A DNA stretch of 64,000 nt from Utricularia gibba. Lineage: Eukaryota > Plantae > Magnoliophyta. The stretch covers positions 1,674,001 through 1,738,000 of the forward strand of contig NEEC01000013.1 of assembly GCA_002189035.1 (NCBI GenBank), given 5' to 3'. The position numbers and the translations under genes are program-made. Every line of letters begins with the position of its first letter. The first letter of the stretch is position 1. This document shows positions 49,364-64,000 of the stretch, piece by piece. The notes under the pieces were generated by a model. The model was not told the DNA's origin, ran no database searches, and saw only the letters and a list, made by a program, of their open reading frames with translations.

Positions 49364-51150
49364 GATTCGATCTCGTCCCTTGAGCTCGAGGGCCACAACA
49401 GGAAACACGTCAAATCCGCAACTCCGCAGTCGGAACACCTGATCTGAAAGATGTGCCCCCGGCAGAATCACATAGCGGCAGCACAATGAGAGATTGGGGC
49501 AGAAATCGAAGTGCGTCGTCGGAGATCTGAAGAGAGCAACCGAAAGAGGAAAACGAGGGAAAGGCCTAATCAACGAGGGAATTTGGTTCGGATGCAGATG
49601 TGGAGGGAACCCCCTCCTCCTCCTACTTACCTCAATTATTTAATGACTTTTTCAGACAAAAAATGTTTATTTAAATACTACAAATTATGTAATATTTAGA
49701 CCGTGAATTATAAACATGACCATGTTTCAGACAGCATGTGAAAAAATAGACATCATATGTATAAAAATTTTATTTCGATACATAAAATAGAAAGTGACGG
49801 TGACTCATACTGTAAATGAGCTAATATTTAAAAAGTAAATTAAAAAATTAAACATATATCAAATATTGTATGAAAAAAAAAAATCATCATATACATAAAA
49901 ATTTTGTATCAATTCATAAGAGAAATTGACAGTGGCTCATTTACAATATTTAGAAACTAGGATTAGGTATGTCCAAAGACTAATACTATAAGAGAATAAT
50001 ATTTGTATTTTATTTTCTTGATAAAAAGCATGAAAATAACTCCTCCTTTGGGAAAAAGCAGGGACAGGATAAGATTGAAAAAATTCCTATAAAAACAAAA
50101 ATGTATGTCTAAAAATCAACTAAAGAAGGTGCCCTAAAGCATCAACCCATCCACATGCTAAGTCTTTTTGTAGTTTATTTATCTTGCCTTTATTAGAATT
50201 TTGCAATAATACGAAATGAAAAGAAAATGAATCGAATTGAATTTTTTTATAATTTTTTATGAATTTATTTAATTCGGGGATTTGAAAAAATGTTTGATTA
50301 TTAATTTCAGAAAATATTTTAGTTTATTAATATTAATTATACAAAAATAAATGTATTGATATATTATATTATTAAAATATTTATAGCATATAATTGAAAG
50401 AACATTTTTAAAAATAAAGAAATAAAATTATACATATATACTTTATCATTATACGATTATTTAAATCTACTCATTATAAAATTTGTTTCAATATTAGTAA
50501 AAATTTAATTAAATAAATACATGAATTTTTAATTTACAATATTAAATATTATTGAATTATGAACACACATGATTAACAGATATTATTTAACTAAAATAAT
50601 ATATTCCGATGTACGGGCCATCCTTGAATAAGGCTGGTCTAAGTCACATGAAGCTACCACATTCACATCGTTGGGGTGGCACTTGGAGTTCATTATGGCC
50701 TACGTTTGGACAGGGAAGACCATTTTGGTTCTCTTCACCAGCAGAAGGAAACCAGGGGGATGCCATGTGAGAAGATTCTCACGAAGATTGGGACAACAGT
50801 TGCTGAGATGAAAACAGCTTATGTTGCATCAGATTCAAGAAACAGGTGCCAATGTGCAGACATCAGAAGCGATTCTCAATCCAGAACTAGTGTTAAGAGC
50901 GACAGGAATGCAAGAGCAGTAGAAATCTAACATGGTAAAAACATCCACAGGAGAGATATCCCTCCCTGAGAATGGCAGAAGGAGAAGGAAGAGCCAATAA
51001 TCATAATGTGAAGTGTACTGATGAAACAAGAAACATGCCCAGGGAGCCAGGATGAAGCTGTACAACTCAAGCAAAAAGAAGCATGGTACCAATTGAAATG
51101 AAGAGAAAACCAAGCTACAATCTTTTATCCCCAAATGCAGAAGATTCAGC

Positions 51151-51914
51151 TCAAATTCCTACACGACATGCCTTTGGTCCACCAGTTAATGATCCTGAGG
51201 TCGTATTATTCAATAGTCCAACAGTCAAATCACCACAGATTACCTTCAAAACCCTCCTCCTGGTCCTCCAAGCTTTGGCATCAAAGGAAACCCTGGACAG
51301 CACCCTCAAGTTAAAGTTCACATTCCCATTACTTCGCCTCTCACGGTTAATCCCATCAACCACAGAGCTCCCAACAAAACTACCAGCCGCAGCAAAATTG
51401 GCGGTTACTGAAGTCACGTTCCTCGTGTCCTGCGAAAAGGGAGGAACACTGGTTTGAGAAAGCGCCTCGGAGTTGAAAAAGATGAAGGCCTCGATCTCAT
51501 CGAACTCGAGTGTCATCTTCTTGTTGGGATTCGTCGCCGTGAGGCGAATGGTGGATGTGAAGGAGATTAGGGAGTTGTTTTCCAGCGAGAAATTGGACAC
51601 CGAGAATGTATCAACCTGGAAAACTGGCAGTTGGGGTCGAAGTACCAACCACACGATGAAAGTAACAGTTCCGAAAACCAAGAACGCCCCAATTGCGAGG
51701 GTGAAAATGCAGCGAGTAAACACGAGGCGTCGATCGCAATTGGGGTCGTATTGGTAACTCTGCGGGTGGTTCTGGTAGCCGTAGTATCCGCCGGAGGGGG
51801 AGGCGCGGCGTAAGGGTAGGAAACGCCCGGCGGCGGGTTATTCGCCGTGAAACCATTCCCCTGATGTGGGTTCGGAGCGGGATATCCAGTAACTGGCCTT
51901 CCGGCGTCCGTCAT
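51151..51914 (-). CDS. NDR1/HIN1-like (LEA_2) protein, intronless, with a single-base frameshift near 51796-51800
   Basis: MTDAGRPVTGYP..YPYAAPPPP, then in a shifted frame GGYYGYQ..RRLVFTRCIFTLAIGAFLVFGTVTFIVWLVLRPQLP..NPNKK..ICGDLTVG..PKACRVGI*. The span is 764 nt; one extra base gives 254 aa. Confidence 0.88.
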
Positions 51915-52264
51915 CGCTTTCAAGCACAGATTTAGCCTCTGAGAAGAAGCCCCCGCACCGTCCGTCGACGGATTCGAAATTGCAACTTGGAAGCGATAAC
52001 AGAAGACAGAAGCGCAAGTTTCTTTGGAGTGTATGGAAAAATGTTTTATTTTTTTAAAAAGCAGTGTGGGCCCATTGCTAACAAAAAAGGCGGGTTGGGC
52101 CCACCACACTGAATTTTGAAATTTTCTGAAATTAATTTTCAAAATTAATTTATTTGCGTCCATAAAAAATAATAAAAACGTACGGCAATTTTAGCATACA
52201 TATGAACACGTGTATCAAATTGATTTAGGAAGAAAGGATACCAGCAGCAACTGCTTCCATTGTC

Positions 52265-56252
<3,988 letters not shown>

Positions 56253-57581
56253 CACTCACCGCAGCACCCCACTTCGAAAAAAACTATTTCTTGGTAACTC
56301 CACTCCTTCAAAAACCTTCAAATCCGAAGAGACCGACCAAAAAGTGAAGTGTGAAAATGTGAGTCCCTCCACTAACAAACACTTCGATAAGAAGCATTAA
56401 AAAGACAGCCGCTTCCACCGTTGACCAGAAATCCAGGCGGCGCCAACCGAATCCTCAGATCTTGCAATGCTTCTTCCTCTGCTCCAGATCAAACCCATTA
56501 CCATAAACTTCGAGACAAGGAACAAAATCAAAGCGATTACTCATTGAACCCACCAATGAAATTGAGAATGTCTGATGGGAATGAACTCTGAGACGCCACT
56601 CCGAACACGACCTTCCCCTGGATGAGCTGTCCCCGAAAATGCTACTCCACAGAGTAATGTAACCCGTAATAGTTCCCTTTTTTTACTCAAGATGTTGTAG
56701 GCAAGAATATTATTTGGAATCAGCTGTCGTGTTTCCATCGATGTTCCAACTTCCCATTAGTGTGTTTTTCAGTGCCCCCTGTCCTCGTACACAGGGAAGA
56801 CGGAAACTCCCAGTAAAAAAGAGAGCAGAAGATACCATTCGCTGCGCTGCGGATCGCTCCCCAGGCCTACAGCAGAAAAGTAAACTTTTTGCAGAAACAT
56901 ATGAAAATCACCAATCCACCTTTATGACTGCAGATTCAGGTCCAAAGCTTCTTCTCACCTCACCTGTCGCATACACTTCTATACGGTAAATTACATCGGA
57001 TTACCGTCGTAAAACATACTAACTCCACGGTAAAACTTAGAAGTAACTATTTTTTTACTGCGGGTGGGTAATTTTAGTTATACAGCGTGTACGTCTCCCA
57101 TTGGTCAGCCGACAATCCCCAGCTGGCACTCCATATCTGGGGAAATGAAAATAATAATTAAAAAAAATCAAAGAATAATGATCAATTATTTCATAAAGTC
57201 GCTATTAATGATGATCATTTTTTGTCTTATTTAAACATGCCCAAATTTCTCTGTAGTTAACACGTGATTTTAAGTTAATATTTTCATAGTGTAGAATTAT
57301 TATAGAATATATGCTTAATTAATACTATTAACTTAAATTTTGTATTCATATTTAATATTTCTAATTTTTGTATCATAAAAATTATAAAAATAATAAGAAT
57401 GTTATTGCATATATTAATGCCATCATCCAATTGGATAATTTTGTGAATAGTCAGATGGCCCAATTCTAAACGGGCCACAGGGCTGGAAATGGGCCGACGT
57501 TCGAGAAAGTGCCCGGCGGCGTGAGTCCACGAGAGGATAAAGCGCTGTCAACGACTCAACGGTTCAACACCGCCATCTGTC

Positions 57582-58991
57582 ATGATGGTGCCACCTGCGG
57601 AAAAAAGAGTTTCCGTCCTCCAATGCGCCTCCGTGGCGCCGTCATATGGCACGGCGGAGGCCCGATTCCCCCTCACTTTCTTCGACGCGGTATGGGTGCT
57701 CTTTCACCCAGTCCAACGTCTCCTCTTCTTCAGCTACCCGATCTCCTCACAGGAATTCCTCCGAACCGTGGTTCCCAGCCTCGTATCATCGCTGTCCAGA
57801 GCTCTCTCCAGCTACATCCCCCTCGCCGGAAACTTGATTTTCCCGCTTGATTTGGACCCCCCGGAGTTACTTTACTCTCCGGGAGACTTTGTTCCAATCA
57901 CTTTCACCGAAGCTCATCGATCTCTTGATTTCAATCATCTCACCGCTCAGCAACCCCGCGATGCCGACGCATTCTACGACCTCGTTCCAGATTTACCGAC
58001 AACTGGGATGGATCCTGGATTGAGATTCTGGAAAACAGGGGTTTTAGCTTTACAGGTAACGGTTTTCCCTGAAACAGGTATATGCATCGGCTTCACGAGC
58101 CACCATGCTGTGGGAGATGCAAGTGCGCTAGTGAGCTTCGTGAAAGCGTGGAGTTCAGAGACGAAGCTTGGCCGAAATCGATTTCAAGCCCCGGTCATCG
58201 ACCGGAGTGTGGTCACAGACCCATCTCGGCGGCGGTTACATCTGTTCTGGAATCAATTGAAAGCCTCCGGCGCTTCAATGCCACAACCGCAGCTCCCCAC
58301 GCAGAAACTCCGAGCAACCTTCGTTTTACAGAAAAGCGATGTCCAGTTGCTCAAGAACAGGGCATTAGCAAATAACCCAATTACCAAACACGTATCCTCT
58401 TTCACCGTAGTGCTCGCTCACTCATGGGTTTCCTGGGTGAAGTCCGCCGCTGAATCCGGCGAGACAATCGATGAAAACGAACCCGAATACCTAGGACTGG
58501 CAGTAGAAGTCCGAAACCGGGTCGACCCGCCTCTCCCAGAAGAATATTTTGGCAACTGTCTAGCTATCGTAGCGACGGAATCTACACACGGAAAGTTGAA
58601 ATCAGAAGACGCGTTCTTCGAAGCGGTTAATTTGATCGGAGAATGCATCAGTGAGAAGGTGAATAAGAAAGAGGAGCTAATGAAAGATGCAGATGAGTGG
58701 CTGGTGAAGATCGGGCCTTTGTTGCGTAAGCGTATTTTCGGGGTGGCGGGCTCGCCGCGATTCAATTGGTACGATGCGGATTTCGGTTGGGGTGTAGCGA
58801 AGAGGACGGAGTTGGCGTCCATCGACGGAGATCAGAGCATTTCCATGTCGAAGTCGCCGGAGTTTGAAGGCGGTATCGAGATTGGTTTATCGGCGACGGA
58901 GAAGAAGATGAAAGCATTTGCAGGCTGGTTTTCTGATGTAAGTGGGACCCAAAAATCACTTCCTGGGCCCACCAACATCGAACTCCCATGA
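57582..58991 (+). CDS. BAHD acyltransferase, anthocyanin/phenolic-glucoside malonyltransferase clade, intronless
   Basis: PLTFFDAVW, HXXXD (HAVGD), YFGNC (clade marker) and DFGWG; 469 aa. Confidence 0.95.
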   Translation: MMVPPAEKRVSVLQCASVAPSYGTAEARFPLTFFDAVWVLFHPVQRLLFFSYPISSQEFLRTVVPSLVSSLSRALSSYIPLAGNLIFPLDLDPPELLYSPGDFVPITFTEAHRSLDFNHLTAQQPRDADAFYDLVPDLPTTGMDPGLRFWKTGVLALQVTVFPETGICIGFTSHHAVGDASALVSFVKAWSSETKLGRNRFQAPVIDRSVVTDPSRRRLHLFWNQLKASGASMPQPQLPTQKLRATFVLQKSDVQLLKNRALANNPITKHVSSFTVVLAHSWVSWVKSAAESGETIDENEPEYLGLAVEVRNRVDPPLPEEYFGNCLAIVATESTHGKLKSEDAFFEAVNLIGECISEKVNKKEELMKDADEWLVKIGPLLRKRIFGVAGSPRFNWYDADFGWGVAKRTELASIDGDQSISMSKSPEFEGGIEIGLSATEKKMKAFAGWFSDVSGTQKSLPGPTNIELP

Positions 58992-61063
58992 GTTGTTCTG
59001 AAATGCAACTTCAGCCAGGGCAACAGAAGCTTTTGACTTCTGGTATGTTAATGTTCTTCACCCTATATGTTTTGTTGGAAATATCTTATTGGGGTAAATG
59101 TGTGTAATCTTATATTGTTAGTTAAAATTCATTTCAATTAGTTTATATAAGATGACACTTTATAAACACAAGAATGAGTTGGATCTAATGTATATACAGG
59201 ATCTAATTTATTAGATCGGATTGGAATTCCCGAAGTTACACTATCACTTGGGAAGGTATTTCTGCCACTAGTTTGTGTCTCTTTGTTTATCATTTGGTTG
59301 TGGTGTAATTTGAGACAAGTTGTCTCCTTCATCTTTGTTTGTTCAGTTCATGTTCTTTCCAGAGGTGGGGCCACGTCTCAGTATTCTTGTTGCTCATCGC
59401 CGGTTTAACTCCGTTTGGGTTTATTCGTGAAAACTCTTTTTATATCCATTGTTGGTGTGAATCCTCCCCACTTGCATCACTTTCCATCGCCTGCTGTCTT
59501 TTTTAACTAAATAAAATGATGCTGTGTTTTTTTAAATATTTTTTATTATAGTTTTGATCCTATTATTTTATTATTTAAATTTATTATAAATATTTTAATT
59601 GAAAAATATAAATATAACAACTCAAATTTCAGTCAATATAAAAAATCTAATTCTTAAATTTCATAATTGTAAAAAACATCTAAATTTATCAAAAAATGTT
59701 CATTCAAGTTCCAAATGATTTTTTCAAACTCTTAGATCTTGAATCGATTTACAATATCGTGAATCAATTTTAGTTTGCATACGAAATTTGGTAAATCGAA
59801 ATCCTTTGTTAGGATTATATAACATTCGTATATCATGATTTTAGGAGTTCAATAAAGATAAGATCATTAGAAGAATAAGAAGAGAAATTATAGATACAAT
59901 TGATAATGATACACTGTTAAAATGATATTAAGTGTCAAAATATGTTAATTTTAGTAATATTATAAATTAAATGTATAATTTTATAAGTTTAAAATCAAAA
60001 TTTTACAAAAAATGTAAATTGAATAATCTATGATACAATTTGAAACTTGAAAATTAAATTATTAATACTGACTGTAATTTAAGGTTACATATACAAACTC
60101 CACCCAATGTTTTAATATAAAAAACTATTATTGTTATTAAATAACATCATTTTTAATTATTTGGTTTTATCCTAATAATGATATTTTTTATTATATGAGA
60201 CACTGTGAATATGTAAAATAAAATTGATAAATATTATTAAATATTAATTTGATTTAAAGCATGTTTTAATATAAAAGGGAAAAAATGAAATAAAATTTGG
60301 AAAATAAATAAATATTTGTTAACATTTAATCAAAAAAATCTTGAGTCGCAACTACTTGGCGGTTGCTGCTCTGTCATGGCGCGAACTTGGGAACAGTAAT
60401 AAATGGGTTTACTGATGGGAACAAAATCATGAAAAAGGAAAAGAAAGCTTTGAAAGTAAGGATTTTGCACGCGAAAAGAAGGATCTTGGCGTTTTGTTTT
60501 GGTTCCCGTTTCGCCGTCAGGCGTATAAGGGGCTCCTTGTTAGAAGCCCAGCCGGCATCCATGGTTGATGAGTCAAAATCAATGGCCCAAACAGCAATTG
60601 TAAAGGGAACCCAGTGCTGCTGCCTCATCTCCTTTACCTAAATCTGGATTCTAGATCTGTGACCACTTGCTCCAGTTTCTTGTTTACACTGAGGTTGGTT
60701 GGTGCTTTTCTTTTTTTCTCAATGAAATGCTTGCTGGATCCTACTGGAGAATTAGTTGTGCCTACTCTCATTAAGCAACACTTGAAAAACGCGTCTCGGG
60801 TATTATGCATTCGAGCGCCTTCTGGGTGTTTGTTTTGTTTTGAAAATTTCAATTTCGAAGCGGGGATGATGCAGTTTTTCGGAGTGGCATCTTGTGGTTA
60901 TATCTCTAGGGAATTTTGATTGCCGCAGGGGAAATTTTGGTGGGTGTGGTGTGCATCTATGGCATGAAAGATTTATGAGTAGGAAGTTTTATGTATCGGC
61001 TGATTCTCACTTTTGACGACTGAAAATCATCCTATTTTACTGTACTGTTCAGTCTGGAGAGAA

Positions 61064-62934
61064 ATGGGTACCTCGAAGAACTGGTTGAAAGCTTTACTGG
61101 GGCAGAACAAAAGCACCAAATCACCCTCTTCAGGGAATGGTGAAAACGTAGGTGATTACTTTTACAGTTCGTTTCTTAACGCAATTTCTTCTTTCCTGTA
61201 TGTAACTTCCAACTATTCCTGCTTTCCTTGCAATCTTACTGAGAAAACTGCATTATTACTGGGCACAATTTGTTTAGAGTCTTGTACAAGTACGTTGGGA
61301 TTGTTATTAGCAATGAATGGAGTTGAATTATGTTACTGGAGAAACTGTTTCTATCAAGTTCAAACTTTTAACAATGTATGGTCATCAGAGATCTGGGGAT
61401 GGAGGAAAGATCTGGAATCGGCGGAGGCGGTCTCTTGATGTTGGAGACAGGCCAGGCGAAAATGCAGTAGCAACTGAAAGAACTCCAGTTTTGAATTCAG
61501 CATGCTCCCCATCTTCTTCACTTCAGCTGCAGAATTCAACTCAATGTCAGCAACAGCAAAGGGCAGCAGTATGCATTCAAACAGCTTTCAGGGGATTTCT
61601 GGTAAATGCTGAATCTAGCAATAGAACCAGACCTTGGGAATTCTCCTTTAGTAATTTCCAACTGCTCCCATAGTTGATGAAACTGCTATTACTTCTCAGG
61701 CTAGACGAGCTTTGCGAGCTCTCAAGGGGCTAGTGAGGCTTCAAGCTCTTGTTCGGGGACATGCTGTGAGAAAGCAAGCTGCTATTACACTGCGCTGCAT
61801 GCAGGCCTTGGTTAGAGTTCAGGCGCGGGTGCGAGCAAGGCGGGTTCGTCTGGCTTTGGAGACTCAATCAGACCCTCAAAAGCTTCCACAGAAGGTTGAG
61901 CATGAAGCCTACATTAAAGAAAGCGAGGTGATCCTTTTGTCCCATCAGTACAGTTCAATGGACATGGAATCTATCCAACGAATATAATCATCATCTTACT
62001 GTGAATCAGGAGGGGTGGTGTGATAGCGTTGGCTCCATTGAAGAAATCCAAGCCAAGTTGCTGAAGAGGAAGGAGGCTGCTGCTAAGCGCGAGAGAGCTA
62101 TGGCTTATGCTCTTGCAAACCAGGTATCCCACATTGGTTCAAGCATTCTGCTTACCAAAAAAGATTTGCTGGCATGATCTCATACAATCTCGCTTGTTCT
62201 CTCACTCAGTAACTCAACACTGTGATGCAGTGGCAGGCTGGGTCGAGGCAACAAGCGGTACCTGCTGGTTTTGAGCCAGATAAAACCACTTGGGGCTGGA
62301 ATTGGTTGGAGAGATGGATGGCGGTTCGCCCCTGGGAAAACCGGTTTCTAGACATAAATCTGAAAGATGGGGTGAAGGTGAATGAAAGCGCTGAAAGAAA
62401 GACAACCGAGCCATCAACAAGTCAGTCTACCTCAAAAGTAAGCAGACAGGCTGCTCTTAAACCTGCAAATGGAAATGGCCCTTCTCGTTCGAGCAACTCC
62501 AATATATCCAATGAGAAGAGAGCAGCCTCGCAATCTGATGGAATCAGTTCCATGGTAGAAGCACCAGCGTCTGGAGCACATTCTAAACCTGTTTTTCGGG
62601 ACATGGCTGAGGAAGCCACTTCAAGGCTGAATGTTATTACACGATCAAAGAGCAATCCGAGAGAGAGATCTAATGTTGTCAACAAGCAAGGAAAGCAGCG
62701 ATTGTCGCTCCCTGGTAATGGTTAGTCTCTCCAGTTCACTTATCTATCGCATCTCAGCTATTTTTGTTGATGCATTTGACATGACTGCTAGGCCGTGCTG
62801 CCCAAACAGCAAAGCAAGTGAACAGAAAGTCACCTAAACGATCTCCTTCAGCCCCGAGATCTGCAGATGTAAAAGCCAAAAGCAGTGAAAACGTTGGAAA
62901 GGATGCAAAGCTTAGTCAAAAAACGGATCACTAA
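61064..62934 (+). CDS. IQD5: IQ67-domain calmodulin-binding protein (IQD5-like), 6 exons
   Basis: [24 protein letters not shown]|[89 protein letters not shown]. Confidence 0.94.
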
Positions 62935-63441
62935 ACCTTTCTATCACCCCGACAACCTCAGCCCCTTGTCACCAGAAGATTCTTCGGAATGTACATAATT
63001 TGCTGGGACTCATGGAGCAACTGCAGCTACCAAGACACAGCAGAGTTGTTTCTGATATAAGAGGGCTTCTGAATGTCTCCTGGTTTCTTTTAAAAACCAA
63101 AAACACAGCCATATGGTTCATGAGTAATTATTGTGCTGATTCCCTGTAATGTGTGCATTCTTCTTCAGTCAGTCAACCTGTTTTACCCATTACACCTTCC
63201 ATCTCGATTGTAGTTACTAGTTTAATGCTCGGAAGTTCACCAAAGTAATACATAGGTTCATGTAATAAGAAGAAACCTCCTTGTTCAAATTTGGAAGATG
63301 AAAAGTTAATCCAACATTAATTTTCACAATCACGTTTCTCCTCTTGATACATACAGGCAAGATTCTAGAAGTGAAAATAGGGGGTACGCCTCTGCGACTA
63401 GTGCTGGTGAATTCCTTTCCAACCATCAGGTGGAGGGCAGA

Positions 63442-63988
63442 CTACTCAAACTTCTTAATGAGGGAAAGATCGTTCAGCATTTTCTCAATTGCATCATCAT
63501 CATGTGCTCGCCCTTTAGCCTGCATAGTCAAACCACTCAAGATTGAAATAATTTTTGCATCATCACAAACACGAAGAACACAACCCTCATGGTCAAACAA
63601 ACAATAAACAAGCAATAAATGCATAAAACTATTGAAAAAGAACAGATGATGTTACTGCACTAGTGGACCAGAGTCCTGTTTTCCTTTCTTTAGGCAATAA
63701 GTGGTCTTTAGAAGGTGAAAGTCGAAACCTTAGGAGGCTGCAACATATCTTTACCAACTGGATCATGCGCCTACACTTTGATTGGAAGAATTAATGGAAA
63801 GGTACCTTGATGGACGGCACCATGGCTATGGCTTCTTCCACTGTTTCAGGACAAAGGTTCCCAAGCACGCATAGCTGTACATGTTTAACATGATATTTCA
63901 GGATTTGAAAATACACAAACACGATGAGAAGTTGAAATTGTAACAAAGGAGTACCTCGAATTCAGCCAATTTATATCTACTCAGGATT
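63442..63988 (-). CDS. NRPB4: RNA polymerase II subunit 4, last three exons only (gene runs off the window)
   Basis: ILSRYKLAEFE (63955-63988)|LCVLGNLCPETVEEAIAMVPSIK (63806-63874)|AKGRAHDDDAIEKMLNDLSLIKKFE* (63442-63519). Confidence 0.95.
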
Positions 63989-64000
63989 CTGTACTCTAGT

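Noticed and set aside
50650-51140. Small ORFs downstream of the NHL gene on both strands
   Set aside because: No recognisable motifs; composition fits an NHL 3' UTR.
59150-59480. LTR-like sequence after the BAHD gene
   Set aside because: No partner repeat, PBS or PPT in the window.
60363-60919. ORFs upstream of IQD5
   Set aside because: They fall in promoter, 5' leader and leader-intron DNA and have no coding hallmarks.

Overview
Gene-dense plant (eudicot, probably asterid) nuclear DNA, with short introns (many 65-100 nt) and AT-rich intergenic gaps. In order, the recognisable loci are: phytosulfokine precursor, ARL8 GTPase, CYP65/PPIL2 cyclophilin, nCBP/eIF4E-family pseudogene, Mn-CDF metal tolerance protein, EAR-motif C2H2 zinc finger, GDSL esterase, LOB-domain protein, NCA1, C-terminal DnaJ protein, NSE4, STOP2-like zinc finger, ATL RING-H2 ligase, NPH3/NRL protein, tRNA-Leu(UAA), an orphan acidic ORF, an unidentified decayed multi-exon gene, GIR1-like repressor, V-ATPase subunit E pseudogene, E2FB, NHL/LEA2 protein, NEK6 kinase, BAHD malonyltransferase, IQD5-like protein and the 3' end of NRPB4. 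Most notable: (1) two real pseudogenes (nCBP, VHA-E) with nonsense codons and deleted exons; (2) four otherwise intact genes each broken by one missing base in a C/G run, probably consensus error; (3) a four-copy expansion of a conserved NEK6 motif; (4) a STOP2-like intron flanked by an 8-bp direct repeat; (5) a three-LTR TRIM-like element carrying unrelated sequence; (6) a lysine-free acidic orphan ORF next to the tRNA. All calls come from manual reading and remembered family motifs; no database searches were run.
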